Assembly: GCA_963842525.1 (NCBI GenBank)
Contig: CAWJGT010000019.1
Span: forward strand, 352,001 to 416,000
Origin: an uncultured Holophagales bacterium
Lineage (GTDB): Bacteria; Acidobacteriota; Thermoanaerobaculia; Multivoradales; UBA5704
DNA length: 64,000 nucleotides
Direction: 5' to 3'
Below are positions 49,115 to 58,233 of the stretch, in pieces. The translations under genes were made by a program, and so were the position numbers. Below the pieces are notes generated by a model. That model saw only the letters and a list, made by a program, of their open reading frames with translations, searched no databases and had not been told where the DNA came from. How positions within the stretch are numbered: position 1 is the first letter of the stretch; each line of letters opens with the position of its first letter.

Positions 49115-50451
49115 AAAGGTTTTCAACTCCGATCGCCCCGAAGGGGCATGGGCATAAAGCCTGGGGTTTCAACCCCAGGACAGCGACCCATTCAACCCCT
49201 AGCCCCGAAGGGGCGACGGCATGGGCGAGGGGCGTGAGCCCCGATGCATGGGAGGGAACGCCTGCGCCCTTTCAGGGCTCGGGAAAAATCGGGAACGCCT
49301 ACCTGGCGCTGAAGCGCCAGGCTTTATGCCTGCGCCCCTTTGGGGCTCTTCACAAGATCCTCCTTCTCGCCCTGGCGCTGCCTCTGCTCGCCGCGGCCCC
49401 GAGCACCCCGGGTTGGACCATGTTTCGCGCCGATCCGCGGCTCTCCGGGCGAGCCCAGGGGGAGCTGCCGGCCGATCCCAAGCCGCTGTGGACGTTCCGG
49501 GCGGAGAAGGGGATCTCGTCGACCGCCGCCATCGCCGGCGGCATGGTCTACGTCGGCGCGCTCGACGGCAACCTGTATGCCCTCGATCTCGCCACCGGGA
49601 AGCTGCGCTGGAAATACGCGACCGGAGCCGAGATCAAGTCGTCCCCCTCGGTGGCCGGCGGGGCGGTCTACTTCGGCGACGGCAAGGGGATCTTTCACGC
49701 GGTCGACGCCAAGACGGGGGCCCGCCGGTGGGTCTTCAAGACCGAGGGCGAGATCGTCTCGTCGGCCAACTTCGCGCCGGGCTGTGTGCTCTTCGGCTCC
49801 TACGACCAGTTCCTCTATTGCGTCGCTCCCAAGGACGGCAAACCGGTCTGGAAGGTGGAGACCGACGGGTATGTGCATGGCACGCCGGCCGTGGATGGCG
49901 ACCGGGTGGTGTCCGCCGGGTGCGACGGCTGGCTGCGCGTGCTGCGCGCGAGCGACGGCAAGGAGCTGCGCCGGGTGCAGCTCGGCGGCTACACCGGCGC
50001 CAGCCCGGCGATCGACAACGGCCGCGCCTACGTCGGCAACTTCGAGAACAAGTTCCTGGCGGTGGACCTTGCGAGCGGCGCCGTGGCCTGGACCTACGAG
50101 CACCCCGTCCGCAAGTTCCCGTACTACTCCTCGGCCGCCCTAGGCAACGGCTTCGTGGCCGTGGGCGGACGGGACAAGCTGGTGCGCGCCCTCGACGCGA
50201 AGACCGGCCGCGAGCTGTGGGCCTGGCCGGCCCGTGCCGCGGTCGATGCCTCGCCGGTCCTCCTGGGCGACCGGATCTTCGCCGCCGACAAGGGCGGCCG
50301 CATTTTCGCCCTCAACGCCCGCACCGGCAAGCCGGTGTGGACGTTCGATGCGGGCGCCGGCATCGAAGCCTCTCCCGCCATCGGGGAGGGCCGGCTGGTG
50401 ATCGCCACCAGCGAGGGCACGGTGTACGCCTTTGGCGCCAAGAAGGGATGA
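49111..50451 (+). CDS. PQQ-like (BamB/AfsK-type) beta-propeller protein with a REP inserted in its signal region
   Basis: GTGA overlap with the ADH stop; WTMFRAD, repeated LYALDLATGKLRW and SSP. Confidence 0.85.
   Translation: MKRFSTPIAPKGHGHKAWGFNPRTATHSTPSPEGATAWARGVSPDAWEGTPAPFQGSGKIGNAYLALKRQALCLRPFGALHKILLLALALPLLAAAPSTPGWTMFRADPRLSGRAQGELPADPKPLWTFRAEKGISSTAAIAGGMVYVGALDGNLYALDLATGKLRWKYATGAEIKSSPSVAGGAVYFGDGKGIFHAVDAKTGARRWVFKTEGEIVSSANFAPGCVLFGSYDQFLYCVAPKDGKPVWKVETDGYVHGTPAVDGDRVVSAGCDGWLRVLRASDGKELRRVQLGGYTGASPAIDNGRAYVGNFENKFLAVDLASGAVAWTYEHPVRKFPYYSSAALGNGFVAVGGRDKLVRALDAKTGRELWAWPARAAVDASPVLLGDRIFAADKGGRIFALNARTGKPVWTFDAGAGIEASPAIGEGRLVIATSEGTVYAFGAKKG
49135..49350. repeat. Family-B REP composite element, uninterrupted copy
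   Basis: Reverse complement is colinear with 10655-10871 + 12713-12735. Confidence 0.92.
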
Positions 50452-50457
50452 GCAGTC

Positions 50458-51798
50458 ATGAGCAACGCTGAGCCTGCAACCGCCACCCACCATGAGGAGA
50501 CCGCAACCGAGGTGGGGAGCGTCTTCGTTTCCAACTATCCGCCGTACTCGGTGTGGAGCGAGGCCGAGCTGCCCCGGGCCCTGGAGGCGCTCCAGGCGCC
50601 ACCGCGCCCCGGCGTCCCGTTCGGCCTCTACCTGCATATCCCCTTCTGCCGCAAGCGGTGCAAGTTCTGCTACTTCCGCGTCTACACCGACAAGGACGCT
50701 GGGGAGATCGGCACCTACCTGGACGCCCTGGCTACCGAGGTAGAGCTCTACAGCGGCCTGCCCGCGACCGCCGGCCGGCCGCTCAAGTTCGTCTATTTCG
50801 GCGGCGGTACTCCTTCTTATATCAGCGTCCGGCAGCTCCAGGGGCTGGTGGACCGCGTGCAGGCCGCGATGCCGTGGACGGGCGTCGAGGAGGTCACCTT
50901 CGAGTGCGAGCCGGGGACGCTCACGCAGTCGAAGCTGGAGGCGATCCGCGCCATCGGCGTCACCCGCCTGTCGCTGGGGATCGAGAACTTCGACGACGAG
51001 ATCCTGCGCGAGAACGGCCGCGCCCATCTGTCGCATGAGATCTATCGGGTGCTCCCCTGGATCCGCGACCTCGGCTTCGATCAGCTCAATGTGGACCTCA
51101 TCGCCGGCATGGTCGGGGAGACCTGGGGGACCTGGCGGGAGACGGTGCGGAAGACTCTTGAGATCGAGCCGGACAGCGTGACTATTTATCAGATGGAGCT
51201 GCCGTATAACACGGTCTATTCGCGCAGCCTGCTCGGCGATGGGCCGGACGCCCCTCCGCTCGCCGACTGGCCGACCAAGCGGGCGTGGCAGGACTACGCC
51301 TTTGCCGAGCTGGCGGCGGCGGGCTATGAGGTGTCGAGCGCCTACACCATGGTCAAGAAGAAGGGGAGCTCGTCGAGCTTCGTCTACCGCGACGCGGTCT
51401 GGCATGGCACCGACATGCTGGGGACCGGCGTGGCCTCGTTCTCCCATGTAAACGGCGTCCACTTCCAGAACGTGGCGGGGTGGGGCGAGTACCTGGCAAC
51501 CCTTGCGGAGAGACGGCTGCCGCTCGGGCGCGCCTATGTTGCCAGCCCGAAGGAGCGGCTGACGCGCGAGCTGATCCTGCAGCTCAAGCTGGGGGAGGTC
51601 CACGCCTCCTATTTCCATGACAAGTTCGGCGCCGACGTCGTGTCCGAGTTCGCTCCGGCCTGGCGGAGCCTCGAAGCCGAGGGGATGCTCCGCGTCGAAG
51701 GCGAGCGGGTGGCGCTCACCCGCGCCGGCCTGCTGCAAGTCGACCGCCTGCTGCCCGAGCTGTACGACGAGCGCTACCGCAATGTTCGCTATACCTGA
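50458..51798 (+). CDS. HemN/HemW-like radical SAM enzyme
   Basis: SNYPP, LYLHIPFCRKRCKFC, YFGGGTPS, ECEP, RLSLG, NVDLIAG. Confidence 0.9.
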   Translation: MSNAEPATATHHEETATEVGSVFVSNYPPYSVWSEAELPRALEALQAPPRPGVPFGLYLHIPFCRKRCKFCYFRVYTDKDAGEIGTYLDALATEVELYSGLPATAGRPLKFVYFGGGTPSYISVRQLQGLVDRVQAAMPWTGVEEVTFECEPGTLTQSKLEAIRAIGVTRLSLGIENFDDEILRENGRAHLSHEIYRVLPWIRDLGFDQLNVDLIAGMVGETWGTWRETVRKTLEIEPDSVTIYQMELPYNTVYSRSLLGDGPDAPPLADWPTKRAWQDYAFAELAAAGYEVSSAYTMVKKKGSSSSFVYRDAVWHGTDMLGTGVASFSHVNGVHFQNVAGWGEYLATLAERRLPLGRAYVASPKERLTRELILQLKLGEVHASYFHDKFGADVVSEFAPAWRSLEAEGMLRVEGERVALTRAGLLQVDRLLPELYDERYRNVRYT

Positions 51799-51815
51799 TC
51801 GATCGGGGGACTGAC

Positions 51816-53036
51816 ATGCGAGACCTGCGTAATCCGATATTGCTGACCGTGGCCCTGTGCCTTGCGGCCGGGGCCGTCCTTGCCGCGGACTGGCCGCAGT
51901 ACCGCGGCCCCAACCGGGACGGCATCTCCCGCGAGACCGGCCTGCTCAAGAGCTGGCCGGCTGGAGGGCCCAAAGTGCTCTGGAAGGTGCCGTCCGGCGA
52001 CGGGTACTCCCACATGTCGGTCACCGGCGGCCGCCTCTACACGATGATCGGCCAGGGTGGGGACGAGGTGGTCGTCGCCCATGACGCTGCGACCGGCAAG
52101 CAGGTCTGGCGCGTCCGCGCCGACGCCAAGTACAGCAGCGACCAGGGCGACGGCCCGCGCTCGACCCCGGTCGTCGACGGCGGCATGGTCTACGCCTTGA
52201 GCGCCGGCGGCAAGCTCCTGGCCCTGAACGCGCAGACCGGCAAGGAGGCCTGGCGGCACGACCTGCCTGCCGAGATGGGCGCCGAGCCGCCGCAGTGGGG
52301 GATCTCCACCACGCCGCTGGTCGAGGGCAATCTCCTGCTGGTGGACGTCGGCGGCTCGGACGGCAAGTCGCTCGCCGCCTTCGACAAGAAGACCGGCAAG
52401 GTGGTGTGGACCTCGCAGACCGACCGGGCCGGCTATTCGGCGCCCATCGGCATCACGGTCAATGGCGTGCGCATGGTGATCTTCTTCACCGGCTCCTCGG
52501 TGGTCGCCGTGGCTCCGGCGGACGGCAAGCCCCTCTGGCGGGTGCCCTGGCGGACCGACTGGGACGTGAACGCGGCGACGCCGATCTTCATCGCGCCGGA
52601 CAAGCTGTACGTCTCTTCGGGCTACGACACCGGGGCCGGCCTCTTCCGCATCAAGGCGGCCGGCAAGCTGGCCATGGTCGAGGAGGTCTGGAAGAGCCGC
52701 GGCATGAAGAACAGGTTCAGCTCCTCGGTGCTCCACAACGGGCACATCTATGGTTTCGACGAGAAGACCTTCAAATGCATCGAGGCCGCCACGGGCAAGG
52801 AAAAGTGGAAGCAGGGCGGGCTCGGCCACGGCTCGCTGATCCTTGCCGACGGCCATCTGATCGTCCTTTCCGAAAGCGGCCGGCTGGTGCTGGTCGAGGC
52901 GACCCCGGCGGCCTACCGCGAGAAGGCGGGCGTCGATGTCCTTTCCGGCCGGTGCTGGACCGCGCCGACCCTCGCCAACGGAGTCCTCTACGTACGTAAC
53001 CAGGAGACGATGCTGGCCCTCAAGGTGGCCGGCTGA
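51816..53036 (+). CDS. Exported PQQ-like beta-propeller protein
   Basis: ADWPQYRGPNRDG, GPRSTP, AFDKKTGKVVW, WTAPTLANGVLYVR. Confidence 0.88.
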   Translation: MRDLRNPILLTVALCLAAGAVLAADWPQYRGPNRDGISRETGLLKSWPAGGPKVLWKVPSGDGYSHMSVTGGRLYTMIGQGGDEVVVAHDAATGKQVWRVRADAKYSSDQGDGPRSTPVVDGGMVYALSAGGKLLALNAQTGKEAWRHDLPAEMGAEPPQWGISTTPLVEGNLLLVDVGGSDGKSLAAFDKKTGKVVWTSQTDRAGYSAPIGITVNGVRMVIFFTGSSVVAVAPADGKPLWRVPWRTDWDVNAATPIFIAPDKLYVSSGYDTGAGLFRIKAAGKLAMVEEVWKSRGMKNRFSSSVLHNGHIYGFDEKTFKCIEAATGKEKWKQGGLGHGSLILADGHLIVLSESGRLVLVEATPAAYREKAGVDVLSGRCWTAPTLANGVLYVRNQETMLALKVAG

Positions 53037-53044
53037 ATAAACCC

Positions 53045-55231
53045 ATGAATACCCGGAAGCTGTTTGGCTGCCTCGCCGTCTGCGCGTTCCTCGCGCTCCC
53101 CGGTGTTGCACAGCAGGAAGGAAATACGGAGGAGGATCGATCCTCCCAGGAATCGCAGGAGCCGGTCGCCTCCTACGAGGACGTCCTGTTCGTGGAGGAT
53201 TCCCTCCCCTACGTGCCGGACTCGAACACCATCGCGACCAAGCTGCCGCTGCCGCTCCTGCAGACCCCGGCGAGCGTCGGCGTGGTGAGCCAGCCGCTCT
53301 TCCAGGAGCAGGGAGCGATCAGCCTGGGCGACGCCCTGCGCAACATCAGCGGCATGAACGTCCAGACGCAGAACGGCGTGGCCGACTACTTCCTGGTGCG
53401 CGGCTTCGACTCGGTGGCCAACGGCCTGGTGATGACCGACGGTGCCCCCGAGCCCGAGATCAGCTTCTACCAGCTCTACAACATCGAGCGGGTCGAGGTC
53501 CTGAAAGGCCCCGGCGGCTTCCTGTACGGAGCCTACCCGATCGCCGCGACGGTCAACATGGTCCGCAAGCAGCCCGCGCCGGGCCAGTTCGTGGACCTCG
53601 GGGTGTCGGCCGGGAGCTTCGGCACCCTCGGCGGCACGCTCGACTGGAACACGGGTGGGGACGGCCCGTTCGGCTTCCGTCTCAACGGGCTGTGGCAGGA
53701 GTCCGACGGCTATCGCGACGACAAGCCCAGCGAGGTGCGGGGGGTGAACCCCGCCTTCTCCTGGCGCACCGGGACCCGGGGCGTGCTCAACGTCAACTTC
53801 GAGTTTCTGGACTCCAGCTTTTCCCCCGACGCCGGGCTTCCCCTGGTGACGGTCTTCGGTCCGCCGCGCCCCGGCGGACCTTTCCCCATCCCCGGACCGC
53901 CGGTCGGCATGGCAGTGGCGGACGTGCCGCGCACCCGATCGTACCAGTCCCCGTTCGATCGTTCGGAGCAGGAGACCCGGCGCGCCCAGATCGACTACGA
54001 GACGGAGGTCTCGAGCCGGCTGTCGCTGCGCAACAAGACCTTCTACCGGCGTCTCGACTGGCTTTCGGACGGCACGATCCTGAACGGCGTCCTCCCTGGT
54101 TTCGGCTTCTTCCCCGACCAGGTCATCCGCACCCTCGTGCTCCTCGCCGACACGCAGGAGTTCCTCGGCAACCAATTCGAAGCGGTCTACACGGCCAAGA
54201 CCGGCAACGTCGGCCACCGTCTTCTGGCCGGCGTCGAGGTCGGGCAGTACGACGACCAATTCACGCTGGATTTTGCTCTGCTGCCCCTCATCAACCTGAA
54301 CAATCCGGTGGAGACGGCGCGAGAACCGCTGCAGCGGTTCCCCAACCAGGCGGCGGACGCATCGAGCCGGGTCCTGGCGCCTTATGTGATCGATCAGATC
54401 GCCTTCTCCGACCGCTTCCAGGTCACCGTGGGCGGGCGCTTCGACGACATCGACTATGAGGACGAGGTCTCCGGGACCTCGCGCGACTTCTCGAAGGTCT
54501 CGCCGATCCTGGGGTTCGTCTACTCGCCGACCGCCTCGTTCTCCCTGTACGCCAACGCCGGCGAGGCCTTTGCGCCGCCGTCTTCGCGCGTCGTCGGGGA
54601 GCGCAAGGCGGAAGAGAGCCGGCAGGCCGAGGTGGGAGCCAAGGCCGAGCTCTGGGGCGGGCGGATGCAGACGACGCTCGCCGTCTACGAGCTGGAGCGC
54701 GAAAACGTTGCGATCCCGGACCTCACCGGCTTCATCCAGCAGACCGGCACCCAGCGTTCCCGCGGCGTCGAGCTGGAGGTCGCGGCCGAGCCGGTCCGCG
54801 CTCTGCGCACGCTCTTCGCTTACGCGTACACCGACTCGGAGCTCACCCGCTTTTCCGAATTCGTGATCACCGGCCCCAACCCGACGGACTTCCAGGTGAT
54901 CGACCGCTCGGGCAACACCTCGGCCTTCGCTCCCGAGCACATCGCCAACCTCTGGGTGAGCCGGACCTTCGGCGCCGGCCTCGGCGTGGCGGGCGGCGCG
55001 CGCTACCTTTCGAAGCAGTTCATCGACGCGGCCAACTCGTTCGAGATCGACGAGACCCTGACTTTCGATGCCGCCCTGTTCCTGGACCGCGGAGACTGGC
55101 GCTGGAGCGTCAACGCCCGCAACCTGACGGATGAAGAGTACTGGACGCAGGGATTCGGCTCGACCTCGGTCCTGCCGGCTCCAGGCCTCACGGTCCAGGG
55201 CGGAGTCCAGTACCGTTTTTCGCTGAGGTAA
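53045..55231 (+). CDS. TonB-dependent receptor (siderophore-receptor-like)
   Basis: TPASVGVV, DALRNISG, NIERVEVLKGP, QRSRGVELE, NARNLTDEEY. Confidence 0.92.
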   Translation: MNTRKLFGCLAVCAFLALPGVAQQEGNTEEDRSSQESQEPVASYEDVLFVEDSLPYVPDSNTIATKLPLPLLQTPASVGVVSQPLFQEQGAISLGDALRNISGMNVQTQNGVADYFLVRGFDSVANGLVMTDGAPEPEISFYQLYNIERVEVLKGPGGFLYGAYPIAATVNMVRKQPAPGQFVDLGVSAGSFGTLGGTLDWNTGGDGPFGFRLNGLWQESDGYRDDKPSEVRGVNPAFSWRTGTRGVLNVNFEFLDSSFSPDAGLPLVTVFGPPRPGGPFPIPGPPVGMAVADVPRTRSYQSPFDRSEQETRRAQIDYETEVSSRLSLRNKTFYRRLDWLSDGTILNGVLPGFGFFPDQVIRTLVLLADTQEFLGNQFEAVYTAKTGNVGHRLLAGVEVGQYDDQFTLDFALLPLINLNNPVETAREPLQRFPNQAADASSRVLAPYVIDQIAFSDRFQVTVGGRFDDIDYEDEVSGTSRDFSKVSPILGFVYSPTASFSLYANAGEAFAPPSSRVVGERKAEESRQAEVGAKAELWGGRMQTTLAVYELERENVAIPDLTGFIQQTGTQRSRGVELEVAAEPVRALRTLFAYAYTDSELTRFSEFVITGPNPTDFQVIDRSGNTSAFAPEHIANLWVSRTFGAGLGVAGGARYLSKQFIDAANSFEIDETLTFDAALFLDRGDWRWSVNARNLTDEEYWTQGFGSTSVLPAPGLTVQGGVQYRFSLR

Positions 55232-55235
55232 GCTC

Positions 55236-56543
55236 ATGACGTATGACGTAATTGTGATCGGTGGTGGGCCGGCAGGTGCCACGGCAGCGACGTTGATCGC
55301 GCAGAAGGGGCACAAGGTGCTCCTGCTCGAGAGGCTGCGCTTCCCGCGCTTCAAGATCGGCGAGTCGTTGATGCCGGCGACCTATTGGACGCTCGAGAGG
55401 CTGGGCGTGCTGGAGAAGATGAAGGCCAGCGGGTTCGTGCCCAAGCACAGCGTCCAGTTCTCCAGCCCGGCGGGCCGGTTCTCCAGGCCCTTCTATTTCT
55501 CGGAGACCGATCCGCACGAAAGCTCGGTCACCTGGCAGGTGCTGCGCAGCGAGTTCGACGCCATGCTCCTCGACAACGCCCGCGGGCATGGGGTCGAGGT
55601 GCGCGAGGAGGCGCCGGTGAAGGAGGTGCTGTTCGAGGGCGACCGGGCGGTGGGCGTCCGCGTCGAGTTCGGCGGCGAGGGAGAGGAGAGCGCCGGGTCC
55701 GTCCGGCCCGGGCAGAACGGAGGGCGGCGCAGGACGGGACAGGCCCAGGACATTTTTTGCAAGGTGGTCGTCGACGCGAGCGGCCAGAGCTCGCTCATCG
55801 CGCGCAAGCTGGGGCTGCGCCGGCACGACCCCGAGCTGAAGAAGGCCTCGTTCTTCACCCACTTCCAGGGGGCGTACCGCGACCCCGGCATCGACGAGGG
55901 GGCGACGCTGGTCCTCCACACCGAGGGGGCAAAATCCTGGTTCTGGTACATCCCGCTGCACGACGACAAGGTGAGCGTCGGCGTGGTCGGCGGCATCGAC
56001 CATCTCGTGACCGGCCGCGTGGCCAATCCACAGCAGGTCTTCGACGAGGAGGTGGCGCGATGCCCGCCGCTGCCGGGCCGGCTGGAAGGTGCGAAGCAGC
56101 TCTTCCCGGTCGTGGCGACGCGCGACTTCTCGTACAAGTCGAGCCGCATCGCCGGCGACGGTTGGGTGCTGGCCGGGGACGCCTTCGGCTTCCTCGACCC
56201 GATCTATTCGTCGGGCGTCCTCCTGGCGCTCAAGTCGGGCGAGCTGGCGGCTGATGCGGTCAACGATGCGCTCGCCGCCGGCGACGTCTCGGGGACCCGC
56301 CTGGGCGCCCATGGCCCGCGTTTCCTGGCCGGCATGGAGGCCATGCGCAAGCTGGTCTATGCCTACTACGAGCAGGATTTCAGCTTCGCGAAGTTCCTGC
56401 GCCGCTTTCCGGACCAGCGCATCGAGCTGATCCATCTGCTGGTTGGCAACGTTTTCCGGGAGGAGGCCGGCAACCTCTTCGAGGACATGGGGCAGATGAT
56501 CCGGTTGCCGGAAGCTGGCTATCTCGAGGCGATGAACCCTTGA
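55236..56543 (+). CDS. Flavin-dependent halogenase-like oxidoreductase
   Basis: GGGPAG, KIGESL, GFVPK, DASG, WFWYIP (WxWxIP), GDAFGFLDPIYSSGV. Confidence 0.85.
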   Translation: MTYDVIVIGGGPAGATAATLIAQKGHKVLLLERLRFPRFKIGESLMPATYWTLERLGVLEKMKASGFVPKHSVQFSSPAGRFSRPFYFSETDPHESSVTWQVLRSEFDAMLLDNARGHGVEVREEAPVKEVLFEGDRAVGVRVEFGGEGEESAGSVRPGQNGGRRRTGQAQDIFCKVVVDASGQSSLIARKLGLRRHDPELKKASFFTHFQGAYRDPGIDEGATLVLHTEGAKSWFWYIPLHDDKVSVGVVGGIDHLVTGRVANPQQVFDEEVARCPPLPGRLEGAKQLFPVVATRDFSYKSSRIAGDGWVLAGDAFGFLDPIYSSGVLLALKSGELAADAVNDALAAGDVSGTRLGAHGPRFLAGMEAMRKLVYAYYEQDFSFAKFLRRFPDQRIELIHLLVGNVFREEAGNLFEDMGQMIRLPEAGYLEAMNP

Positions 56544-56767
56544 AAAAGCCCGCATGGAAGTGGCCGCTCTATGCGGCTTTGGCGGTGCTCTACCTGCTGC
56601 ACAACGACCTGTGGCTGTGGAATGATCCGTCCCTGGTCTTCGGCATGCCGGTGGGGATCGCCTACCATGTGGCCTTCTGTGCCGCCACCTCGATCGTGCT
56701 CACGCTGCTGGTGATCTACGCCTGGCCGGAGCACCTGGACGCCGAGGCGGAGGAGAGGCGGCCTTGA
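56540..56767 (+). CDS. DUF3311-like small membrane protein (SSS accessory subunit)
   Basis: LHNDLWLWNDPSLVFGMPVG; two TM helices; overlaps the symporter start. Confidence 0.75.
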   Translation: MKKPAWKWPLYAALAVLYLLHNDLWLWNDPSLVFGMPVGIAYHVAFCAATSIVLTLLVIYAWPEHLDAEAEERRP

Positions 56768-58226
56768 CCCTCGCGATCATTGCCGTTTATCTCGTCGCCG
56801 TGCTGGTGATCGGCATCTTCAGCCACCGCTTCTTCCGCGGCACGAGCGAGGACTGGTTCGTCGCCGCCCGCACGCTGGGTCCGTTCATCCTCCTGGTCTC
56901 GCTGTTCGGCGCCAACATGACCGCCTTCACCCTGCTCGGCGCCTCGGGCGAGGCGTACATGGAAGGGATCGGCGTCTTCGCGCTGATGGCCTCCTCGTCG
57001 GCGCTGGTCATCCCGACGGTCTTCTTCTTCGTGGGCACAAGGGTCTGGGCCCTGGGCAAGCGGCGCGGCTATCTCACGCCGGTCCAGCTCTTCCGCGAAC
57101 GGTGGGGTTCGGACGCGCTGGGGTTGCTCATCTTCATCGTACAGATCGCCCTTCTTGTTCCCTATCTGCTGATCGGAGTCATGGGCGGCGGCATCACCCT
57201 GACCCAGGTGACGGACGGGCAGGTGCCCGACTGGGTCGGCGGCCTCGTCATCTGCGTCGTGGTGCTCGCCTATACGACCTACGGCGGGATGCGGGGGACG
57301 ATCTGGGTCAATGTCTTTCAAACGGCCGTGCTGATCGCCCTGGGATCGATCGCCTTCTGGGTGATCGTCCACAAGCTCGGCGGCCTGGAAGACGCCATGG
57401 CGCGGGTGGCCGCGAGCCATCCGGACATGCTGATCCGGGGGGAGCACATCCAGCCCTGGAAGCTGCTGACCTACACCTGCATCCCGCTGTCGGTCGGCAT
57501 GTTCCCTCACATGTTCGTCCACTGGCTGACGGCGCGCAGCGCGGGCGCCTTCCGCGCGCCCCTGGCCTTCTACCCGGTCTGCATCGCCATCGTCTGGGTG
57601 CCGAGCGTAGTGCTGGGCGTGCTCGCCCGCCCGGATTTCCCGAACCTGAACGCGGCGGCGGCCAACTCGGTGCTGGTCAAGATGATCGACCTCTACGCTC
57701 CGGGGTTCCTCGCCGGGCTGCTCGCTGCCGGCGTCTTCGCCGCGATCATGAACTCTTTCGATTCGCAGGTGCTCTCGGCGGGCACCATGTTCACCCAGGA
57801 CATCGTGCGCCATTACGGCTTCCACGACCGCATGAGCGAGAGCAAGCAGATCATGGTGGGCCGGCTGTTCATCGTCGGCATCCTGATCGCCACCTACATC
57901 CTGTCGCTGTTTGTCGACCGCAGCATCTTCAAGCTCGGCGTCTGGTGCTTCACGGGCTTCGCCGCGCTCTTCCCCGTGGTGGTCGCGGCTCTGTTCTGGA
58001 AGCGCAGCACCAAGTGGGGGGCGTTCGCCTCGACGTGTTGTCGGTCATCGTGCTCTGGCTCTATTTCGTGCGCGTGGGGTGGAATTCCGCCGACTACACG
58101 ATCGGCGGCAGCGGCATCATGCCGGTGGCGGTGATGCTGGTGGTCTCGACCCTCGCCATGATCGTGGGATCGCTGCTGACCCGGCCGCCGGAGCGTGCGG
58201 TCCTTGCGAACTTCTTCCCGCAATGA
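56764..58226 (+). CDS. Sodium:solute symporter (frameshift near 58035)
   Basis: EDWFVAARTLGP, YTTYGGMRG, AAIMNSFDSQ, FWKRSTKWGA; tail in another frame ending ANFFPQ*. Confidence 0.9.
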
Positions 58227-58233
58227 AACCGCA

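Noticed and set aside
50458-51798. Radical SAM as maturase for the two Cys-rich precursors
   Set aside because: HemN-type with no SPASM cysteines, more than 10 kb away and embedded in a different operon
41580-53036. PQQ-dependent dehydrogenases / pqq biosynthesis
   Set aside because: Only the propeller repeat is evident; no adjacent-Cys active-site motif and no pqq genes in the window
17700-58226. Programmed frameshifting or mass pseudogenisation (breaks near 18548, 24216, 25165, 25970, 27241, 43098, 46320, 46835, 58035; also 135, 360, 9457)
   Set aside because: Isolated single-base indels, several in short G/C runs, with no slippery motifs and no in-frame stops seen. Most likely long-read assembly errors; raw reads are needed to confirm.
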